From: Salisapilia sapeloensis CBS 127946
Taxonomy: Eukaryota; Protista; Oomycota
Reading direction: 5' to 3'
DNA length: 39,712 nt
Assembly (NCBI GenBank): GCA_023334545.1
Contig: JAADVB010000177.1
Span: forward strand, 1 to 39,712
Position 1 is the stretch's first letter, and each line of letters starts with the position of its first letter. Below, piece by piece: positions 32,497 through 39,712 of the stretch. Position numbers and translations under genes: made by a program. The notes beneath the pieces are model-generated. The model made no database searches and was not told the origin of the DNA. It saw nothing but the letters and a program-made list of their open reading frames with translations.

Positions 32497-32553
32497 CTAG
32501 ACCATAAAATACCTTTGGATACATTCCGATAGACTGTATACACCATTTAAGTA

Positions 32554-33648
32554 ATGGAGAATAAAGAAAAGGAGAAGGAAACCAAACCGAAAGCCTTGCT
32601 ACGTCGCCACACCACCGGCGCCGTGACGTTCGGCGAATCCTCAGATGTGTCTATTGAAACAGACGACGAGGCTCCGACCCCAGGAGAAACACCCTACGAG
32701 AGGTTGATGCGCCATACGAGTGTTCTCTTTGCTGGTGGCGTCGCCGGTAGCGTCGGAAAGACTGCGACGGCACCACTCAGTCGTCTGACGATCCTCTTCC
32801 AAGTCCATAGCATGGTCTCCACTCGCCACACGGATCGCTACAGCTCCAGTGTCAGTGGTGCATTCAACAAAGTGGTGAAACAGGAAGGTCTACGTGCGTT
32901 TTGGAAAGGCAATGGTGCGAGCGTATTGCATCGATTCCCGTACTCTGCTGTCAATTTCTTCACGTTCGAGCTCACCAAGACTTCAATCATCGCGAAAAAC
33001 CATCCAAAGCTCATGGAAGGCTATGCATTAACAAACTTTCTATCTGGAGCCATTGCAGGCGCAACGGCGACGATCGCATGCTACCCGATCGACCTGATCC
33101 GGACACGATTGGCGACGCAATTGGATTCGGATAAGAGGTACACTGGTATCATGCACGCTGCGAAACGTATCTTTGCTGAGGAAGGTGCGAGAGGCTTATA
33201 CTGTGGTCTCGGCGCGACGTTAGCCGTGACGGTACCCAACCTTGCCATCAACTTTATGCTGTACGAAAAGAGCAAGAATCTCGCTCGGAGGTTCCGACAG
33301 TCATTGCTGGACGGAAAGGGAGATACAGCAGACTTTAACGAAGATTCAGAGGACGAAGTGTCATTGACAGTGGTCGACACGCTGCTCTGCGGTGGCGTCG
33401 CTGGCATCGCCTCTTCCTTGGTCACGTTCCCCGTAGACGTCGTTCGACGCCGCCTGCAGATCTCTGCGATCTACACGCAGGAAGGTGTGAGTCCATCGGT
33501 TTTCGGTATCGCCAAGGACTTGTTCACGACGCAAGGCGTGCGTGGCTTCTACCGTGGCCTCGCGCCGGAGTTGATGAAAGTCGTACCGATGGTCGGCATC
33601 ACCTTTGGTACGTTTGAACAGTTAAAAGATATCTTTACGATCAATTAA
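32554..33648 (+). CDS. Mitochondrial carrier (SLC25), adenine-nucleotide-carrier-like
   Basis: Three carrier repeats: APLSRLTILFQ, YPIDLIRTRL and FPVDVVRRRLQ. Also GNGASVLHRFPYSAVNF and an acidic N-terminal extension. Confidence 0.95.
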   Translation: MENKEKEKETKPKALLRRHTTGAVTFGESSDVSIETDDEAPTPGETPYERLMRHTSVLFAGGVAGSVGKTATAPLSRLTILFQVHSMVSTRHTDRYSSSVSGAFNKVVKQEGLRAFWKGNGASVLHRFPYSAVNFFTFELTKTSIIAKNHPKLMEGYALTNFLSGAIAGATATIACYPIDLIRTRLATQLDSDKRYTGIMHAAKRIFAEEGARGLYCGLGATLAVTVPNLAINFMLYEKSKNLARRFRQSLLDGKGDTADFNEDSEDEVSLTVVDTLLCGGVAGIASSLVTFPVDVVRRRLQISAIYTQEGVSPSVFGIAKDLFTTQGVRGFYRGLAPELMKVVPMVGITFGTFEQLKDIFTIN

Positions 33649-33827
33649 GCGTCGCAATATACTTTTGGATCTACACTCGAGCAAGCGAAAAAGAAGAGAG
33701 ACTTATTTTTTTAAGGAAAAAGGAACTTAACTATACCTACGTCCATCCGTTGTGATGCCACTTGCTCTTCTTGCCCATGAAAAGAACAAGCCGCCGATAT
33801 TCGTTTGCGTAATTGAATCAAAAATGG

Positions 33828-34469
33828 TTAGATGTCCACGGCAGATATACGTGTCGGACGAGCGGATCCCCACTCGTTGTCCGGAGGTGCGTATACACCT
33901 TCCGGTGGTGGCAACGGCGTCTCCTCTTCAAACGGCAGCGTCTGAATCTCTTCCGAGTGCTTCCATGTCAAAATTACTGGAACGCCGTCGTTCTTATCCA
34001 ATAATGCATTGATCTGTCGAAGGACGTGCCCTTTGCTCTTGTTTGCCACGAGCCGATGGTTGATCGCGTACAAGCAGTCTCCGATCCGAAGGCCACCGGA
34101 AGCTTCAGCCGGACCTTTCGTACCTCGCCAGTCGGCTGGATTCATCCCGTGCGTCTTATTTCGCGGTACGAGCCGCTTGCCGTCCATCCGGTAGTAATCT
34201 ACGATGACTACCTCTGCGTTTTGCATGATCCGATTCCCCCTCGTCTTCACGACGACGCCGAGGCGCTTAAAAAACTCGTGTTTCTTTGTCGCCCCTGTTT
34301 CTAGGAAGGGGAGTTGGTCCCATGACCCGATACGGACGGTCTGTCCGCTGCCTTCGCCAACGCGAACTTCCGTCTGCCGGTCGTAGCTGAGGCTTGTCGC
34401 GTAAATAGGTCCCATGTAAAAGTCACCACCGCTACCGGACATGGTGTTGCGTGTGAAGGACTGACCCAT
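33828..34469 (-). CDS. Small PDZ-like protein with possible N-myristoylation site
   Basis: GPAEASGGLRIGDCLYAINHRLV resembles the PDZ motif GPAxxxGxLxxGDxIxxIN. The N-terminus MGQSFT fits MGxxx[S/T]. Confidence 0.72.
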   Translation of the reverse strand: MGQSFTRNTMSGSGGDFYMGPIYATSLSYDRQTEVRVGEGSGQTVRIGSWDQLPFLETGATKKHEFFKRLGVVVKTRGNRIMQNAEVVIVDYYRMDGKRLVPRNKTHGMNPADWRGTKGPAEASGGLRIGDCLYAINHRLVANKSKGHVLRQINALLDKNDGVPVILTWKHSEEIQTLPFEEETPLPPPEGVYAPPDNEWGSARPTRISAVDI

Positions 34470-34876
34470 CGTCTCACGCGTTGCCGATACGTCGAAGCTA
34501 GCTGCACGTGGTGCTGCGACGCCGTCGGCCGCGCTGTCTTTCCGTCGCCAGCGAATCGTTGTTCTGTGTCAATGCGGCGATGAGAGCAAAAAGCTAACCT
34601 TTGGAGCTTTTTCCCTTTCTACTGAATCGCCTGAATGAATTTGAAAGGGTGTGGTCGTAACTTATACGGCCTGGCGCTTAAGCAATAGAAGTATAATCGA
34701 GTTGCGCGGAGGCGTAGAAGGCCGCGAGGACCGGGAGTTTGTGCCCGAATGAAGCCGGAAGTGTGTGTTATTTGGATAAATTCGCACACTCTGTGACAGT
34801 TTTTATCTTGCGATTTGTATGCGCGACATAAGCGCCATCACGCACGAGTGTACAATTAGGCACCGGAGCATTTCAT

Positions 34877-34881
34877 CCAAT
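34877..34881 (+). promoter_or_regulatory. Candidate CCAAT box upstream of MMAA
   Basis: TTTCATCCAATCA lies about 65 nt before the ATG at 34944, within a divergent promoter. Confidence 0.3.
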
Positions 34882-34943
34882 CACACTGGCTGGAGTGACC
34901 GTACCCAGCATTATCATCTTAAATCGTTCGATCGGCGACCATC

Positions 34944-36244
34944 ATGCAAGGTCTGTGGCATCTTAAGCGACGTGTCGTCCGGCACAAATGGGTCAAGCGT
35001 CTCCACATTCTTTCTCAAGGTCATGTCGAAATGACAAAATCCACGAAAAGGCTTGCAGACGGACTGTTAAGTGGAGATCGAGCCGCTCTTAGTCGTTCCA
35101 TCACATTAGGTATCAGCTCGGATTGATATGGACAGCAATGTCGTCCAGCGTGTCACTGACCATGCATTACCTAGTCGAATCCACTCGACTGCAAGATGAA
35201 GATCAGGCAGACTTGTTGCTCGACGCTGTGCTTGCACACAGGCGACAAAAAGAATCCAAGTCCGATCAAGCGCTAAGCACCAATCTACCTAGCTTTCGAG
35301 TCGGCATCGCAGGTCCTCCTGGGGCAGGAAAGTCGACTTTTATTGAAACACTAGGCAAGTACTTGACAGGACATGGTCATCGAGTCGCTGTGCTTGCCAT
35401 CGACCCGTCCTCCTCTCGAACAGGAGGCTCCATCCTCGGTGATAAAACGAGAATGACGCATCTATCGAATGACCCGAACGCTTTCGTACGTCCATCGCCT
35501 ACAAGAGGCACTTTGGGTGGTGTTGCACAACACACGAACGACATTGTTCTTCTCTGTGAAGCTGCTGGTTTCGATATTATACTCGTGGAAAGCGTCGGTC
35601 TGGGGCAATCGGAGATTGTCATTGATGATACAGTCGACATGGTCATGCTTCTCGTTCCTCCAGCCGGTGGAGATGAGCTCCAGGGCTCGAAGAAGGGAAT
35701 CATGGAGATTGCCGACCTCGTCGTAGTCAACAAAGCCGACGGAAACCTACAAGAGTCAGTTCATCTATCACCAATCAATAGCTTGTGTCTAACGAAAGTA
35801 ACTAGTGCTGCGAAGCGGACGCAGACAGATTACAAGCACGCGATGCGGTTATTAAGGCCAAAGGATTATGACTGGAAGCCCAAGGTCATCTTGATCTCGT
35901 CCTACTCTACTGCTCATGTGCTGACGTAGCTCTAGGTTAAACTCTGCTCAGCAGCAGAGAACAAAGGTGTCGACGTTGTGTGGGAGAATATGACAGCATT
36001 TCGTGAAGAGATGAATGCGCTAGGAAAGGTCGCTCGAAAGAGGAATGAACAGAGCTCCAAGTGGATGATGAGTCAACTAAACAGTCAGCTCATGCGTGCA
36101 GTCTCTTGCGATCAGTCGGTCAAGGATCAAGCAGAAAGTATGAAGCAGAAGCTTACACTAGGTCATCTAAGCCCCCGCTCCGCTGCTGCACAACTCTTAC
36201 AGCTCTTCCTCACCTCTCAAGAACAAGACAAGCGTATCGACTAG
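34944..36244 (+). CDS. MMAA: Methylmalonic aciduria type A / MeaB GTPase chaperone, 4 exons
   Basis: Motifs [12 protein letters not shown]|[53 protein letters not shown] and VVNKADG. The N-terminus is basic and presequence-like. Confidence 0.96.
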
Positions 36245-36414
36245 CATACTCCTAACATGTATCTTACCATTGCAACTTATCATTCATATCCAAATGCATC
36301 CATTGTCAAGAGTTCCTATGCCAAGTGAAGAGAGGAATGTCTATCTACTCTACAGCCTATAGCTAAATAAAGCCACGTCTCTAGCAGCCACGAGGTCTTT
36401 TTGTATGTGATGGG

Positions 36415-37374
36415 CTAGTAGATCGACTGGCGTTGGGAAGACGTCGTCATCTTATCTGTGTCGACCATCCCAAAGCTCCGTGGGATGTCCATCTCGTCAC
36501 CCAGACGCAAGTCCATAGACGTTACTGGTAACGATGCGTAGCTCGATAGAACTTGTAAAGCACACAGCTCCGAGTCGATGAGACTCGAGACGCGATGGCG
36601 AATGTTAGGAGAAGCTCGTTCCATTAACTCCTGTTGAGACGGTAGCATCGCTGCTTTCTTCGGCTCCATATGCCTGTCCATGCTTGTCCAGTCTTGACGA
36701 CGTGCCTTGCGTTGCTCCTGCTTTCCTGTATACCTGCTACGCTTCTGCGTCCGTTTGCCATCGAATCGTGGGTTTGGCATGTTATAAGCTTCAAAAGCTG
36801 CGAGTTCGTCTGGTGTTGGAGAAGTAGATCCGGTCGATAGGCTCTGTTCACTCTTCTTTCTCCCACCGTCCGAGCTTCCATCGCTCGAGTACGTTGTATG
36901 AAAGGATGTTGGTGTGTAGTGTAGCTCGTCATCAGGCTCATTCAGCTGCTTTCGTAGCTCCTGGTCTCGAGCTAGTTTCGCAAAATACTTTTGAGCGTGA
37001 CTACGTATCTGAGCGGACGTTCGTGTCTTGATTTTTGACGCTACTTTCTTCCATTCGCGACCATACTGGCGTAGACCAGCGAGGAAGCACTGGTGCTCTT
37101 GGTCGGTCCAGCGACCGCCATTCATAATCGTTGTCCCTGCTTTGCTACTCTTCGATGTCGTCACGGTGCCTCGTCCGCCATGCTTCATGTCTTTCATCGA
37201 GTCAGTCGCTTGGTTGGAATCCATCACCGGATACGAATGTAAGCCAAGGCTCGAGTGTGCTAATATCGCTGGCGGGTAGCAATGCATTTGCAGAGGCGAT
37301 GGAGGCGCCTCGTTGTTGGATGGATACGATTGCTCCATCGTATGGTGCTGGCGAGGACTGTCTTGACTGTCCAT
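36415..37374 (-). CDS. Single-repeat MYB transcription factor, SHAQKYF class
   Basis: GRWTDQEHQCFLAGLRQYGREWKKVASKIKTRTSAQIRSHAQKYFAKL. Confidence 0.93.
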   Translation of the reverse strand: MDSQDSPRQHHTMEQSYPSNNEAPPSPLQMHCYPPAILAHSSLGLHSYPVMDSNQATDSMKDMKHGGRGTVTTSKSSKAGTTIMNGGRWTDQEHQCFLAGLRQYGREWKKVASKIKTRTSAQIRSHAQKYFAKLARDQELRKQLNEPDDELHYTPTSFHTTYSSDGSSDGGRKKSEQSLSTGSTSPTPDELAAFEAYNMPNPRFDGKRTQKRSRYTGKQEQRKARRQDWTSMDRHMEPKKAAMLPSQQELMERASPNIRHRVSSLIDSELCALQVLSSYASLPVTSMDLRLGDEMDIPRSFGMVDTDKMTTSSQRQSIY

Positions 37375-37501
37375 CGTTTGTGTAAAGGTGCGTAGTAGAC
37401 AAGTACGGAGAAATTTGTCTGGACAGAAAGCAAAGATTGGTAGCCACCAGACTCGTAAAAGTTTATTTGGTGGAAGTAGAGGGTGGAAATTGGGGAGAAC
37501 G

Positions 37502-37960
37502 ATGCTGTGCTTGACAGCGGATGATATCTTTCGTGCAAGCGTCGGTTTGAAGGTTGATAAATGAAGTTAAAGATACGCTTCGTGCTCTAATTACGGCGGT
37601 GGTTTCTCTGGTCTGCAGGATATCCGTTATGGAGCGTATCTTCCCCATACTCAAGCCAAGATGTTTTTCTACCCGATCGACCCAAAGCTCGGAAAAGACT
37701 TGAAACGACCGATATGGACTTTTCGATCGCTTGCACGTACTGTCGTTTCTTCCGTTCTCAAAGCGGAAACGGAGAATGAGACGTTCGATATCGGACGACT
37801 CCCAATAGCCGTTGCTCCATGCCGTACTTGCCACATTCTATTTGGAAATGTAGCAACTCGAGATGGCGTCGTAAGCGACGGTTTCGATCGCGATACGAAT
37901 ATATCTGCATATAATTGGAAAGAATGTGTATTTGTCGATCAACATTATTCGCAATGGTAA
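37502..37960 (+). CDS. Hypothetical protein (130 aa), 2 exons
   Basis: Exon 37502-37552 joins exon 37619-37960 across a 66-nt GT-AG intron with a CTAAT branch-like site. The product is MLCLTADDIFRASVGLK|DIRYGAYLPHTQAKMFFYPIDPKLGK...SQW*, and it fills the gap between MYB and the DMT gene. Confidence 0.62.
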
Positions 37961-37974
37961 CTTTAGATACAAAG

Positions 37975-39354
37975 CTAGCCTCCACGTGCCCACGGTAAAC
38001 GGAAGCGAAAGCGTTTCTTACGCCGTTCACTAGCAGCGACTGTAGCTGCACCAGCACAGTCGGCGATGCCGCCAACTACACTCCAGATATTCACATCTTC
38101 CGCAAGTAAAGTTTTATCCCACAATAGCACAAAACCGACCTCAATGTACCGCACCAAAGAAGCCGTTTCAGGATCCTCTGCTTCGTATCCTCTTGCCAAG
38201 AACAATTGCGCGAGGAAGCCGAGAAATCCCGTTCCGAAAGCTGCGGACCAAGTAGCCAGATTAAAATCGACCATGAACTTTTGCTGAATCGCGGCCACTG
38301 CGATACCAGACGCGATCGAGCATGTCAGTAGGAAGTAATGGATAATAACAAGGAAGTGCACGTTTTTGAGTCGTTTCAAACGCAAAGAGGCAAGTGCCTT
38401 GGACCCAGCACCCAACAGAGCGACAATCAATGCCATTTTAGAAGCGTCTTTCTCTTCTTCGGAAGGATCCTCTCCAAAGAGTAGATCGGGGCGTGCCACG
38501 CATATGACTGCGACTACGCCACAGAGTCCACCGAAAGCACCCAAACCAGTAAACTTCGTACTCGAAGTGACCGTGCTCTATTCCAATGCATCAGTATAGC
38601 ATTAAAGGGATTTTGATAGCCGAAGTTACCATAAAGAAACTCATGATTGGACTTGTGAAAAGGAGAACACTAGCATCCGTAAGAACCATCTCTTGCATCG
38701 AGTAGTAGCTCAGAGACATGGAGCAAAAGCCCATAACGCAACGAGCTGCAAGCGAGTATCGAACGCCCTTCGGAACTTTTAAACTCGTTCGACTGATACA
38801 AAGCGAAAACTATGGCAAAAGAAGCAGCAGTGAGTATCCATCTTTATGGTCGAATGGTAATCAGAACTGATTTATACCAGTGTGAGCACATAGGCGACGA
38901 GCGATCGCCAAAAGACTGCTTCCATGAACGGAATGTCATCGGCTGAGAACTTGACAAGTGTCGCGACAATGCTGTAGGCGAAAGCAGACAGTGCTACCAT
39001 TGATTTGCCTTTGACATGCAAGCCCGTACGGCGTTCGACCCATTGCTCGCCATGTTTTACAGCTTTTCGAGTACTACGCACAGCTCGCTGACTTTCCTTC
39101 TTCGGAATGAGCAGCTGTAACTGCTCTTGCATGTGCCGGTCCGCGTCGCGGGAGTCACTGCCAACGTGGTTGATCATACTACTGGTGCGTGGTGTGGGAA
39201 GATCTTTGCAATCTGATACAGAGCCAAGCCTTTTGATTGGATCGCTGTAGACATCTTGAGACGGTGTCAAGTGAATCACTTGGAGATCTGTCAGACATAT
39301 CTTCTGTGAAGTATACTGAATACAGCCCAAGTTTCCATATCTTTCATGCATCAC
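37975..39354 (-). CDS. EamA/DMT superfamily transporter (SLC35G-like), 3 exons
   Basis: ALSAFAYSIVATLVK, EAVFWRSLVA, a middle exon ...ARCVMGFCSMSLSYYSMQEMVLTDASVLLFTSPIM, then VICVARP and GFLGFLAQLFLARG. Start codon uncertain. Confidence 0.85.
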
Positions 39355-39504
39355 AGAGCGCAGATATGTCTTAGTAGGATATTGCTTACGTCTACGAAGA
39401 ATGGATACAAACGCATTGGGCTACTACTAATACCATTTAAACATGTCCTACCGACCTTACGCAATAGTATGCTTGTTTTTGAGCAAGAGCTTTCGGATGA
39501 GTAG

Positions 39505-39712
39505 ATGGATGATGGGATCTACGAGTCCGTTCATGACGCTGGAGCTATCCGTACAGAGTTCTTACTCTTTAGTCTCATCATGTTCCGCAACGAGCTCAAG
39601 CCGGACACGGCCGACGCCATCAAGGCGCTCAAGGAAGGCGACACGCGCACCGTCATGATCACAGGCGACAACGCCATGTGCGGCTGCTACATCGCTCGGG
39701 AGAGCGGCATGA
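39505..39712 (+). CDS. 5'-truncated fragment of a P5B-type cation-transporting ATPase, running off the window
   Basis: LIMFRNELKPDTADAIKALKEGDTRTVMITGDNAMCGCYIARESGM is a P-domain segment with the TGDN motif. Homology begins at about 39573 and there is no room upstream for the N-terminal half. Confidence 0.7.
   Translation, partial: MDDGIYESVHDAGAIRTEFLLFSLIMFRNELKPDTADAIKALKEGDTRTVMITGDNAMCGCYIARESGM

Noticed and set aside
32496-32554. 57-bp bidirectional promoter between the HECT-like gene and the carrier
   Set aside because: It depends on the 32496 start. The ATG at 32295 is equally or more plausible, which would give an ordinary gap.
37463-38075. Minus-strand ORFs 37463-37834 and 37758-38075 as upstream MYB exons
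   Set aside because: No consistent splice path was found, and the plus-strand 2-exon model explains the interval better.
1-39712. Alternative genetic code, selenocysteine recoding, CRISPR arrays or intact transposons
   Set aside because: Conserved genes translate correctly with the standard code once introns are removed. No conserved in-frame TGA, spacer-repeat array, terminal repeat or transposase/RT motif was seen.

Overview
This is gene-dense eukaryotic DNA, most likely from an oomycete (stramenopile). That assignment is inferred from the gene families, Phytophthora-like proteins and promoter motifs, and it is not proven. The window holds about 25 protein-coding genes with very short GT-AG introns (about 42-70 nt in the introns traced) and tiny intergenic gaps. 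In order they are: a partial spliced gene at the left edge, VPS11, a TPT/SLC35E transporter, UBC7/UBE2G, a 2H cyclic phosphodiesterase, a presequence-bearing phosphoglycerate mutase, a type II/gamma PI4-kinase, a coiled-coil protein, a carnitine acyltransferase ending in SKI, a hidden 4-exon gene, a LYR protein, an RNF10-like RING protein, a GH30 glycosidase, a CHR chromate transporter, a GH72 glucanosyltransferase, DGAT2/MOGAT, TBC1D19-like, a large chromo-like/PHD/ankyrin/HECT-like protein, a mitochondrial carrier, a PDZ-like protein, MMAA/MeaB, a SHAQKYF MYB, a hidden 2-exon gene, an EamA/DMT transporter and a P5B-ATPase fragment. No tRNA, rRNA, CRISPR or intact mobile element was seen. The most notable items are: (1) the chromatin-reader/ankyrin protein whose HECT-like domain has Arg at the catalytic Cys position; (2) a terminal P5B-ATPase fragment with foreign codon usage; (3) several spliced genes that the ORF track misses; (4) a spliced upstream ORF that may give TBC1D19 a mitochondrial presequence; and (5) an unexplained 1.75-kb AT-rich gap. 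All gene models were built by eye and no database search was run.
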